From the NCBI GenBank assembly GCA_038087875.1, contig JAXLNO010000213.1, forward strand, positions 372,001 through 436,000: a DNA stretch of 64,000 nt, written 5' to 3'. This document shows, piece by piece, positions 1 to 12,380 of the stretch. Numbering within the stretch: position 1 is the stretch's first letter; the number at the start of each line of letters is the position of its first letter. The notes under the pieces are model-generated. The model was not told the origin of the DNA and searched no databases. It saw only the letters and a list, made by a program, of their open reading frames with translations. The DNA is from Malacoraja senta. Lineage: Eukaryota. A program made the translations under genes and the position numbers.

Positions 1-182
1 TTAAAGATACAGCGTAGAAACAGGCCCTTCGGCCCAACGAGCCAAGAGTCAAGAGTGCTTTATTCCCCAGTTAGAACAATGAAATCCTTACTTGCAGCAG
101 AACAACAGAATATGTAAACATGGTTCTCTGTAAATAATGTTATAAACGAGAAAACAGAACGGTGTATTTTTATATATGAATA

Positions 183-1620
183 CTAGACTAAGTGGGACCC
201 GTTGGGTCCCAGCATCACAAGGGAGGGCTGGTCATCCAACGCAATATTCCAACTCTCTACCAATTCCAATAGTGCTGGCCAGTGGTGGGGGGGGGGGGGC
301 GCTTACTGTTGTGCTAGTATGGGTATTGTGGGCCGAAGGTACTGGTTTCCAGAGGGTTGGTATAGACATTGTGGGCCGAATAGATTCATGGGCTGGCAGC
401 TCAGTCAGTGAGGCCAGGCAGCTCAGTCACTGAGGCCTGGCAGTACAATCACTTGGACCTGACAGGCAGGCAGCTGAGAAACTGCCTGAAATTCTGCCCA
501 AAACAGGTGACAGACTGTGAGAGAGAAGGGGGAGAGAATGGACTGAATGGATTATTGGGCTGGCAGTTCAGTCACTTACGGCTGGTGGGCTGTCAATTCA
601 CTTACTCAAGGCTTGTGGGCTGGCAGTGCAGTCAGTCACGCCTGGTACGCTGGCAGTTCACTCAGTCACCCCACCTACCTTCACCCCCCCCCCACTCTGC
701 TCCTTGCCATTCCCCTCCCACCCACACATTCAGTGCATCTCCCCACAACCTCCCCCATTCACTCTTAGTGGCTCTCTCACCGAGCAGCCATTCCTGCCTA
801 TTAGGTTCGCATTGTGATGAAGAACAGGCAGGCATGAAAAGTGCAAAAAGGATTTATTAAAGTTTAAAATGTGAATAACGCAAAAAATTTAAATGTTAAA
901 GATGAGAATTATTAAGTTATTTGTTGTTATGTCTCTTGTTGTGTTCTGCTGCTCACTGCCTCTTGATGACTATTTCCTGTTGATAAAAAGAGACATTCAT
1001 CCCAAACAATGACTTTCACTTGCCTCATGAAATGTGCCGTCTTAGATTTCTTCTCGATGTTACAGAATGTATCCTCGGCCACTTGGATGGGTATCTTGAA
1101 TCGAGAATGTGTAGTTCTTCCACCAGGCATTAACGTAGCTGCTATCACAGTGGATGCTACAGCAATAACCACATCACCTTGACCTCTAACTTTTCCTGAC
1201 ATGATGTCGAAAAAGCAGCCTAAAGACAATTTCAGTTGTTAATGAACACTGAAGAATTTGTGCAAAACATTGTTTTCAGGCGGGGGCTGTCAGGGTGGGG
1301 TGGGGGGTGGTAAACGTCGTGCAGCCAAGGGAGGGGCACAGCTTCAGGCGGTGGCTCTCGTGAGCTGATAAGAAGGGGGGGGGTCCTCCAGCTGGGGATG
1401 TGGGCGGCTTCAGTAGGGGGCAGGAGGGGGCGCATCTTATAGCCAGGCGGAGGGCAGCGTCTTGAGGTGGGCGATGTCAGTGGAGGGGGGGGGGGCGGTG
1501 AGAGACTTACTCATGACCTCTGGACTCACTCACTGCCTCGGGATTAACTCATGGCCTTTGGACTGACTGACTGACTCACGGCTTGCGGACTGACTGACTT
1601 ATGCCCGATTTCTGGAGTGA
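183..1620 (-). mobile_element. Helitron remnant with PIF1-helicase fragment and intact 3' terminus
   Basis: The 927-1229 ORF has PIF1 motifs AVASTxIAATLMPGGRTTHSRFKIP...VIVWDE. The minus-strand 3' end is hairpin tgggaccc-aac-gggtccca (193-211) then ACTTAGTCTAG|T (CTAG 183-186). 5' boundary uncertain. Confidence 0.8.
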
Positions 1621-1778
1621 CGTCCGACTTTTGTAAACTGAAAACTGTAACATCTACATTGAGGAACAGCTTCTTCCTGACAGCCATCAGGCTATTAAAC
1701 ATAACAAATATGATCTGGACTACGAAATACTATATTTGTGTACTATTTGTTATTTGTTGATCACATATAACTTCCACC

Positions 1779-2279
1779 TCACACACACACACACAGACTC
1801 ACTGACACACACACAGACACATACTCGTATACACACACACACACAGTCTCATATACACACACACACAGACTCATACATACACACACACACATACAGACTC
1901 ATTCACACACACACAGACGCTTTCACACATACACATACAGACTCATTCACACATACACACACAGACTCATTCACACACCCACACAGACTCATTCACACAC
2001 ACACACACAGACTCATTCACACATACACACACACACCGACACATTCACAGATACACACATACTCACACACAGACTCATTCACACTCACACACACAGACGC
2101 ACACATACACACACACACGTACACACACACAGACTCATTCACACTCACACACAGATATTCACACACACAGAGTCATTCACACACACATACACAGACTCAT
2201 TCACACACACATACACATACTCATTCTCCCACACACACACACAGACTCATTCACACACACACACACACACACACAGACT

Positions 2280-2330
<51 letters not shown>

Positions 2331-2346
2331 ATTCACACACACACAG
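1779..2346. repeat. (CA)n-derived minisatellite (cacacacagactcatt units)
   Basis: Directly visible. Shorter paralog at ~53558-53976. Confidence 0.95.
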
Positions 2347-2774
2347 ACTAATTTTACTTCGGAGTCACGTGAGTGACTACGTGAAGAAGAGCCCGTCCAG
2401 CGGCACACGCGTCATATCGTCAGACGCATAGCGCAGTGACCGATGTGTGTGTGTGAGCAGAGCTCCTCCAAACCGGTAAGTAAAAAGCCTGAAGGTAAGT
2501 CTTTTACTTACGTTTTTCAGGTCGCTTTCTTCAGAGGACTTGTAGCTGGGAAAACACAAGTCAGAATGAAGAAAGGATGTTAGAGGCGTACCGAAGGTAA
2601 ACTCGAGAAAGACCGCGGGTCTGCGAGTAGCGGGCGCCCTTTTTGATTTTAAATACGGTTGAATATATATACCGTTGTAGCGCCATTAGGGCGCAAGAGA
2701 AAAAGGCCGGGTGGCCAGAAGAGTCAGACCGGAGGATCCCCGAATCAGGCAGATATTTTGTTCTATTCAGGACC

Positions 2775-3290
2775 GCGTTGGGAGGCCAGCGCAGTGAGTG
2801 CCTGGGGAAGGTCCGGGCTTAGCGTTGGCCTATAGGAGAGCCAGCGCATGAAGTCCCTGGGGAAGGTCCGGCTCAGCGTTGGCCTACAGGAGCCAGCGCA
2901 GGGAGTGCCTGGGGAGGTGCGGGCTTAGCGTTGGTCTTTCGGAGAGCCAGTGCATGGAGTGCTTTAGAAGGTCCGGCTCAGCGTTGGCCGAAGGGAGAGC
3001 CTGCGCAGGGAGTACTTGGGAAGGTCCGGCTCAGCGCTGGCCTACAGCGGAGCCAGTGTGAGCATGCCTGGATAAAGTGTCTTTTTATGTGTTGGTCTAC
3101 AGGAGAGCCAGCGCCAACTATGTGTGGAGAAGGGCAGTTTAAGCGTTGGCCTACAGGTGAGCCAGCGCCAGCAGCACCTGAAAGATTGCTGCCTATGCAT
3201 GAGCCTACAAGAGAGCCCGCACAGCGAGCACGTGGGAAAGGGTTTATTATGCGTAGGCCTATGGGAGAGCCCGCGCTAGAAACACCTGAA
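2775..3290 (+). repeat. Degenerate ~54-bp tandem repeats within the DIRS 5' region
   Basis: Recurring gagagccagcgc...aaggtccggctcagcgttggcctacag. Copy 2 (54410-54810) has fewer units. Confidence 0.8.
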
Positions 3291-6200
3291 GCAGGATGCC
3301 AATTCGCCCCTCCATGAGGAGGATTATTTCATACTAAAATTCAATAAACGTATCATATGAGGACCAGAGCCCAATAACAGAGCCTAAAGGACCAGATTTT
3401 GCACAATATATAAAAGTTGTGGTTCCAAAACTATCAGGGGGGCCATTGGGAGATGAATTAGCAATGTCAATAAATTACTTGCTCTCCCAGCAGCTCCAGG
3501 TTCTGACCATGTATGAGCTGTCTATTTATATGAAATCCGCAGTATTGAGCATTGTAAGCAGTCTCAGCGAGGGAGACGGTGTTGAAATTGCTGGTCAGAT
3601 ATTATGGCTTTTTGGCCAGAAGTTGGATGGAGAGCATGTGTCTATATCACAACAAGGTTGAATTAGCACCCTAGTGTAGTGCACACTTTGAAATGAACTG
3701 TATTTATAAAAGGGCTATAAGACCTAATAAGACCTTTAATTGCCTCAAAATCTGTTTTGAAAAGAATCTAGCCAAAAAAGGAATGATCCTATGTGATTGG
3801 CAGATCAAATCGAAGGCTGTTTTCCCTACCAATGTGTGGGATCCTATGTGATTGGCAGATCAAATCGAAGGCAGTTTTCCCTATCAAATCGGCCTTTCCC
3901 ATATTTGCGTTGTTGGCGCACTCCTCCTGAGGTATGTGGAGGTTACAATATTCCACTAAGATCAGGGGATAGCAATTGCCATAGGCAAACCCTGAGGTAG
4001 GGGGTCTGGTTCTGCAAGAGACATATTAATGTGTTACACTTACAAGTTGGGAAAGATTACAATTCTTGCTAAATCATGGCAATTTGATGTATTTATGCTG
4101 TATGGTATTGTGGTGTTTATAATTTAATTCTACCCATATTTGGTTTCTCCTACTAAGGTATTTGAAACCGGACACATATTTTCTCAAAATAAGAGAATAT
4201 GTAGATTCAGACAGAACATGAAATATTGTGAAAAGGGTTGATTAAGAAGTCAGTTCACCATCACCATCAATTTATGCCAAGTGTGTTATTAGAGCAAATA
4301 AGGATGGTGGGTGTAGAATTATTCTAGATCTGACAAGTTTAACCCTTTTTTGTGCAGTATAATAAACAGTTTTGGAACATTTGCCAATACTATGCAGCTA
4401 ATTTCAAGAAAATGCTATATGGCTAAGCATAGATCTTAAAATGCATTTTACTGTGTGGCTGTATATGGTAAATAATCATAGATATTTTAAATTTAACTGG
4501 ATGAGTCAATTATGGCAAGTTAAAGCATTGTATTAAGGTTTAGCCTCAGCTCTGAGACTATTTGCCAGGTTGTTGGAACCAATCCTAGCATTACTAAGAA
4601 TTCAGGGCCATTTGGTATTGGCCTATTTTGATATATTCTGATTGAAGGATGCAACAGAACCACGAGTGTCAAGAATCAAGTTCACTTTGGAGAGTTATTA
4701 CCATCCAGATGAATCTAAACAATCACCAAACACAGTTATTGCTTATTTGGGTTCCATTATTAAATGAGAGCACGTGTTTGTGATTCCGCCCAAGGATAAA
4801 GGCTGCATTTAATTGGAAGTTGTATTAAGCTCATTACAGAGCACCAACCCCCAATTAGGCAGGTAGCAAGCCTGCTTATAAACTATTGCTTATTTTCAGC
4901 TGTACAATTTAGATCGCTGCATTATCAGCATTTGCAGTAAGCATGGATGGAGGCATCGAGAATACATTTAGGGCATTTTGCAGGCCCATGTATTTGCCAG
5001 TTGAAGTTATTACTGGAATACTATGATGGATCATGAGTGTCTCAAATGCCCCCAGAGAGATCCTGCTTGAAACACTTTCCATAATACAACAGACTAATTT
5101 TAGTGCTCTAGGTTGGGGTCATACTTATAAGTATTTCCAGCTGTGGAGTAGATGGAATGTGGAGAAAGTACCTTTGATCCAATAACAAGCGACCATTAAT
5201 GAGAGGTTCAGGAACAATTTATGGCCTAAAGCTTATTGCACTAATATGCAAAGTTTGCATGTTTAGGTATAGATTGACACTACGGATTAGAAACGTATGT
5301 TAATCATTGAGTGGTGTGAAGTCAGAATCTTGTGATAGACTGGCTAACGTGATTTGGACCTGGTGTTTTTACCAGAAATATTTGGTTTGGCAATCTACCT
5401 ACCAGGTAGATTCAAAATAGTTGCAGACTCAAGGTCATGTAAATTTAATGATAATACAGAATGGACGTTGGATCGTGACAAATTTAATAATATTGTTGCA
5501 CGGTTGGTGACTTGTATGCATCCAGACTTGACCACCAATTACCTAAATATGTGTCATGGGAACCTGATCCTGGGGCAGTAGCGATGGATGTTTCTCGCTG
5601 CATTGGGGTAGAATGTTTTTGTATACATTTTCTCCATTTTACCTCATTTAGTATATACAGAAGATCAAACAGGACTCCGCTTCGGGAGTATTGGTGGTAC
5701 CAGATTGGACCTATACAACCATGGTACCCTCTGGTGTAAAATATGATCACAAAGCCTATGATTTTCCCCAAACAGAATTAACCTGTTTGTGCACTCTATA
5801 ACTGATGAATCACATCTTTTACATACTCGTATTGGTTTGTTAATTTACAGATTCTAAGGTGTGCCATATATCGGAAGAGGACTATCAGATCGTACTGTGG
5901 ATATTATTGCAACCTGGAGGGATAGTACCCAGAAGCAGTACATTTCTTATATAAGGAAATGGGATATGTTTTGCTTCAGGCAGAATATTACATATCACAC
6001 CACCGACATCTCAGACGTGTTAGAGTTACTGTCAACTCTTTGTTTTTTATTGGACAGTTAAGCTATAGTGCTATGAATTCTGCAATGAGTGCCTTTTCTG
6101 CGTATCTATGGAGGAATCAGAATAAAATCTTCTAGGGTTACACCCTTCTGTCTGTAGGTGTATGAAGGGAATTTTCAATTAGACACAGATATACAGAAAT

Positions 6201-6857
6201 CTGGAATGTAAGTTATGTGTTATGCTTGTTCGTTAATGGACTCCTATTGCTGTGCTCTCCTTGGCCTAAATTACCATTAAGGTAGTCATGCTCAGGGCAC
6301 TGGTTTCAGCACAGAGAGTGCAAACGTTGCAGAAACTACGAATAGACATGATGGAAATAGCAAAAGATACTATTATGTTCTATGTCTATGATTTGATTAA
6401 ACTGAGCAGACCTGGAATCACAGGAAGTAAGTTGGGGTTCTCAGCATATCCTACGGATCCACGTCTATGTGTAGTATCACATTAACAATGTTAGATTGGA
6501 GCCACCAGAACCTTAAGAGGTGCAGTATCAGCATTTTTATTAGCCATAAATAGCTGCATAAGAAAATGTCGGTTCAGACTATTTAAAAATGGCCGAAGCA
6601 GGTGTTGCTTGATGGAAGTATTGAGACTGACGAATTTAAATTTCATTCCACCAGGGCACCATCAACATTGGCGGCCAAGGAATTGGACGTTCCAATAGAA
6701 CATATCCTCGCGGCCGTAGGCCAAAGTGAAAGAATGTTTCACAAGTATTACCATAAGGAGATTATAGTACCTGTGGTTATTTGGTGGTGCTATTTTGGAT
6801 TTAGTATTAAGTATTCGTCTTGTGATAAAGGGGTTACTATTGTGGTGATAAATTAAC

Positions 6858-7777
6858 TTTTTTGTCGTATTCCACTTCTCTGCCTCCGTCTGCGCTGAGG
6901 CCTAATGGAGCTAATCACCTCGAGGCTCCGGAGGCAGAGCCCGTCAGGCCTCGCCCTGAGCTCGCTCCCGTGAGGGTGGTCCGGCTCAGGGCTGGAACAG
7001 TGCTCCCGTGAGAGGTTGTGGCGCTCTCGTGAGGGCGGCCAGCCCAAGGGTGGAACGAGGCGCCCGTTGGAGCGGCCGAGCTCGGGGAGGTGCGGCGCTC
7101 GCAGCCCGAAGGAGGTTCGGCGCCCATGTCGGAGCGGCCCGGCCGGAGGGAGAAGCGACGCCCAAATCGGGGCGGCCCGGCCGGGGGGGAGAAGCAACGC
7201 CCAAGTCGGGGCGGCCGGGCCGGGGGGGAGAAGCGACGCCCAAGTCGGGGCGGCCCGGTCGGGGGGAGAAGCGACGCCCAAGTCGGGGCAGCCCGGCCAG
7301 AGGGAGAAGCGACGCCCATGTCGGGGCGGCCCGGCTCGGGGGATGTTCGGCGCCCATGTCGGGGCAGCCCAGCCCGAGGCTGAAGACGGCACGGTACTCA
7401 CGTGAGGTGGCTGGGACGGTGTTCTGGCGGTGGTGGCCTGAGTCCGGGGTTCGGCCGCGGGCCAGCGGCTACGTCTGCAGGACTGGTGGGCGGCAGCTTC
7501 GACCACTCCGGGCCGCGGTGTTTGAGCCGCGGGACTGTTATAACATCGCCCGGGGGGTATCGCCTCAGCGCAGAGGGAGAAGAGGAGGGAAGAGACTGCA
7601 GACCTAAGACTTTTGCCTCCATCACAGTGAGGAGATGCTGGGTGGACTCACTGTGGTGGATGTTAATATGTGTTTATTGTTGTTTTTATTGTATTATATG
7701 TATGACTGCTGCAATTTCGTCCTGACTTCGGTCTGAATAGACAATAAAGGCATATCTATCTATCTATCTATCTATCT
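6858..7777 (+). mobile_element. GC-rich non-autonomous retroposon (SINE-like) nested in DIRS, with internal ~37-bp tandem repeat and (TATC)n tail
   Basis: Abrupt GC shift; repeat unit gggggagaagcgacgcccaagtcggggcggcccggcc (~7110-7370); LINE-type 3' end AATTTCGT...GACAATAAA followed by a microsatellite tail. Paralog at ~58387-59342. Confidence 0.75.
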
Positions 7778-8214
7778 AACTGGTTGCATTCATGTTGTGG
7801 TTATGTATTGTTGATTGCTTTAATTATTTAGAGTCAATCAATGCAGTGAGACGCCTGGATTTGAATCTGCGGCGTGAAATCATAGAGCTTTGAAATCTTC
7901 ACGTAGTCACTCACGTGACTCCGAAGTAAAATAGTAAGATTAAACGAGAACTTACCAGTTTGAAGTTTGATCTTTATTTTATGAGGAGTTACGCTGAGGG
8001 ACTACGTGCCCTCCGCTCCCACCCTCATAAAGATCGAGCTGGTAGTTCTAGTCTTTACGTATCCTACTATCATACTTCAGTTATTGTTGTCTGTGATTTC
8101 ACTCCGCTGCTTTGAAGATTGACGCGTGTGCGGCTGGACGGGCTCTTCTTCACGTAATCCCTCATCTAACTCCTCATAAAATAAAGATCAGACTTCAAAC
8201 TGGTAACTTCTCGT

Positions 8215-8368
<154 letters not shown>

Positions 8369-9927
8369 GCCTCCTGCAGAGGCTGCTTCTGAAACAAAAA
8401 CATGCTTTAAATAACGTCCAACAAACACACTTAACATAGACAGAGCAGTAAAGCTCTCGTGTATTATTCAGCAGCGCCTGCACTCTGTGTATTCTGCAGT
8501 CAGCGCCTTCTTGCCACGAACCGGAAATGACGTGCTCGGCGCCGTCGTGCCGCTAACCGGAAATTACGTCATCGACGCCATCTTGCAACCAAGCGAAAAT
8601 CACAGCATGAGCGCCAATTTAAAATTAAACGCAGTTCTGACCTAATAAAATGTTTATTCATGCTTTATCCATCTGAAAACTGTTGCAAACATTTTAACAG
8701 CCAACAGAAATAAATTTGCAAACTCTTTACAACCAATACGTTTCCAGTAAACTTTTTTTAAACAGCCAAGAGAAACAAATTTGCAAATACTTTACAGCCA
8801 ATACGTTTCCTGTAAACATTTTTTTAACAGCCAAGAGAAACAAATTTGCAAATACTTTAGAACCAATACATTCAGTGTTATTCACAGCTCAGAGAGTCGT
8901 GACCCTCTGCCTTCCTGGGTCTGGCAGAGACTGAGTGCGCACGACACTTCCGGGTTTTATAGTCCCTCCCCCTGCCGCCAGCGGGGGCAGCAGAGAGAAT
9001 GGGGAATTGTTTAAAAACATTCATATCACTCTCATTTTGCATCGACGGGAAACATCCTCTTGTCCAGGAAGGCGAAGGGCGTCTCTGACCGAGGTGGCGA
9101 AAAATGACGGCCGTAGGTGGCGGCGTTCTCTCGGAAATCGCACCACAGTGGGCCAAAAGCGGTCATGATCAGCCTTTTAGTAATATAGATATACAGCTCA
9201 GACACACCCATTTTCCGACCGAGTGGCGTCACAATGCACGCTCCAGCGCTCGCATAGCAAGACGGGCCACTCCGGCCGGGAGGGGCCACTCCAGCGCTCC
9301 AACGCCTCTTCCCACATTTTCAAACACTTGCATTGGTCACTCTTCCACGCTGCAACCTTCGGCATAGGTGATTCTTCCAATCGCACTTCCACAACGTTCT
9401 CCAAGCCCTCACCCAAAACACTCAGGCGAAGAGCTGACTGATTCATTTTGACTTCGCCGACATCGCTCTCTTTAACGATAAGCTTTTATATATTTTTACG
9501 ACATTAAACGGATCGCGGGTAGCTTTTTCAGGTTTACACTTTTTTATATTTAATTAAAAAATATATTTTAACGTCGTTTTAAACGAGTTGCGGGTTGCTT
9601 TTTCATTTTTACACTGTTTTATATTTATTTAAAAAAGACTTGCCCAATGCATGTATTGACATTTATTAAATCGCAATTTCACGCATTAATTAAGCTGCTG
9701 CTTGCAAAAAAATCTCCATTTTAATCATTAGCTTTGATTTTACAACAGTTGCCTTAATTTAAAAAGACGGGCCGATTGCATTTATCTCTGGATTTCACAT
9801 TTTACTTAGACTGCTGCTTGCAAAAAAAAAAAATCGCAATTTCTTGCGATTGGCTTTTGGCTTGCGATTGGCTTTTCTTTTACACCAGTTACTTTTATTG
9901 ATAAAAAGACTTGCCGATTGCATTTCA

Positions 9928-10430
9928 GGGCTGAGGCGGCGTTCTGGCGGCGGCCCGACTCGGGGCTGAGACGGCGTTCCGGCGGCGGCCCGACTTCGGA
10001 GGTTCGGCCACGGGCCAGTGGACGACATCGTCGAGAGCTCGCAGGTCACAGGTCCAGCTTCGTCCGCTGGACTGGAGGGCGGCAGCTTTGACCACCCCGG
10101 GCCGCGGAGCTTGAACCGGCCCGTTCGCGGAGCACGGCTGAGCCGCGGGGCTTACTTACCATCACCCGGCGGGTCCGAACATCGGAAGCCTGGATCGCCT
10201 CACAGCAGAGGGAGAGCAAGGAGGGAAAAGACAAAGACTTTAAGACTTTTGACTTCCATCACAGTGAGGAGGTGCCTTGTGAACTCACTGTGGTGGATGT
10301 TAAATTTGTGTTTATTGTGTGTTTTGTTATTTTATTCTATGTTATGACTGCAAGGCAACAACATTTCGTTCAGACCGAAAGGTCTGAATGACAAGAAAGG
10401 ATACTTTATTTTTTACTTTTTTACTTTATT
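9928..10430 (+). mobile_element. 5'-truncated GC-rich SINE-like element related to 6858-7777
   Basis: Shares ggcggcagcttygaccaccccgggccgcgg, the ccatcacagtgag...ctcactgtggtgg hairpin and the 3' stem-loop; T-rich tail. Paralog ~61407-61910. Confidence 0.75.
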
Positions 10431-11915
10431 TATTGTCTTTTTTTTAAAAATAAATCGCCGCTTTTACATTGATTGAAATTGCCGATTTTTTTCATTAATC
10501 GGGATTTCACACTTTAATGGGACTGCTGCTTGCAAAAAAAAATCGCCATTTCATTCATTTCCTTTTTATTTCACACTTGTTGCCTTTTTAAATAAAAAAA
10601 AACGATTACTTGTCCGGCTCCCACGTAAACGGAGCACAACTCAACAACCGCTCTTCCAGAACATTCTGACTTCGCTGACTTCGCTCTCTTTCACGATAAG
10701 CTTTTATATATTTTATATTAGTTGCATTGAAAAAAAAATCGATATTCCATTGATTAACCTTTTCAATTTAGAAAAAGACGGATGTTCTGCATTTCATTAT
10801 TACTTCACGATTTTACATATTATTTAGACTGTTGCTGGAAAAAAGACAACGATTTCATTGATTAACATTTATTGAAGAAAATCTTGGCAATTGAATTGAT
10901 TAACATTTATTTTGCAAGAGTTCCATGCATTGAATCACATTTATTTAAAAAGAGTTGGATTTTTTTAAATACATTGATTCAGGTGCAATACTTCGCTATT
11001 GCATTCATTTACAGTCGCAATTAAAGGCCCTTTTACTATGCTCCTTTATTAAAAAGTAGTATTTTTAAAAATACTTGGCGATTACATTCATTAGGATTTA
11101 TTTTACGAGTTGCATTATTTTTTAACAGATATACAGTTCGATCTCTAAACAGCTTCGCGATCGAATGTTTTATTTCAACACAGTTGCATTTCCAAACATA
11201 CTTCGCGATTCACTTCCATAACATTTTCAGTTACAGTTGCAATTAAAAAAAACGTTTCATTCACAGGAAAAGCTCAATTTTCATCCATTTAATCTGTGTT
11301 CATTAACAACTGAGATTGTGTTTGGGTTATTTTATTTATTTAAAAACTGTTTATTTAAACACAGTTGGATTTTATAAAAAGGCTTGGCGATTACACTGAT
11401 TACGATTTATTTTAGGAGAGTTGAATTTTTAACAAATATACAGTTATATTTTCATTTACAATTGCAATTAAAATATTTTTCATTCACATAGTTTTAATTC
11501 CACATGAAAGACTCAATTTTCATCCAATTAATCTGTGCTCATTAGCAACTGAGTTCGTGTGTGGGGTATTATTTACGTAATCATTAGGTTATTTTAAACA
11601 AAAAAGATCTTTTTATTTACAGTTGCAATATTACAAAATCATGCCTAGATGACGGAGAAAAAGAGGTGCGGGATAGTCAAGTAAAGTCAAAAAGCGACAG
11701 CGAGAATTAGTGAGGAACAGTAGGCACATGAGAAGCAACAAGAAAGAACTCAATGTCTCTGAAATAATCGAGAGAGAGAGAGAGAGAGATCAGGTCAGGA
11801 GGGCACAAGAGGAATCGCAAGAAAGAACTCAACGTCTCAGAGATAATCCAGACAGATCAGGAGAGAAGGGAACAGGAACCGCAGCAAGAAAGTACTCGAT
11901 GTCACAGAGATAATC

Positions 11916-12015
<100 letters not shown>

Positions 12016-12380
12016 AGGAGAGAAGGGCATAAGAGACGTAGCTATTGGGGTATTCAACGTCCCACGTTGGGGGAAGAGTCCCACTTGGTCTCGTGTTTTC
12101 TAAAATCCTACAATCTATTTCCCAGGACCACATAGATCTCCCAGACAAACAAAGCTTTCAATTGAGTTGTGTGCATACATGATGACGATTTAGCCCATGA
12201 CCATCAGTTCCCTCCATATCTAACCCAGCCTACATCTGCCGACTCGTTCACTAACGCAAAATGTAGAAATCTCCAGGATATGTTGGATGTTGCATTGGGA
12301 TAGGGCAGATATAAATGAGAATATTGCTGGCTTAGATGAAAGTGGAGATACAATTCCGCTGTAACTTATTGCCTATAGTT

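Larger units (their letters stand above)
2347..8214 (+). mobile_element. DIRS1-type tyrosine-recombinase retrotransposon; complete termini, decayed ORFs
   Basis: Inverted terminal repeats 2378-2414 / 8120-8156. Internal complementary region 7896-7935 (reverse complement of the left end) plus 7944-8008 (reverse complement of the right end). Frameshifted RT (DGGCRIILDLTSL ~4302-4341; GLASA ~4537), RNase H GWG (~5111), ASRLDHQLPKYVSWEPDPG (5512-5600), and recombinase remnants (ALVSAQRVQTL 6288-6485; FHSTRA...FHKYY 6602-6760). Confidence 0.9.

Noticed and set aside
927..1229. Host PIF1 helicase gene
   Set aside because: Only a short fragment, bounded by a Helitron-type hairpin and CTAG terminus; treated as TE-derived.
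1736..2431. His/Thr-rich, Cys/Val-rich, Ser/Leu-rich and Arg/Glu-rich ORFs (also 8112-8483, 11837-12148, 45324-45859)
   Set aside because: They are translations of (CA)n and (GA)n microsatellites.
3785..3885. 55-bp-period direct repeat inside the DIRS element
   Set aside because: A simple local tandem duplication present in both segmental copies; no sign of function.
5861..6856. Phage or bacterial integrase (contamination or horizontal transfer)
   Set aside because: The recombinase remnants lie downstream of RT/RNase H inside DIRS termini, the normal DIRS layout.
6853..7725. Multiple overlapping 100-217 aa ORFs on both strands (also 58366-59290)
   Set aside because: Stop-poor GC-rich tandem repeat within a SINE-like element; no domain signal.
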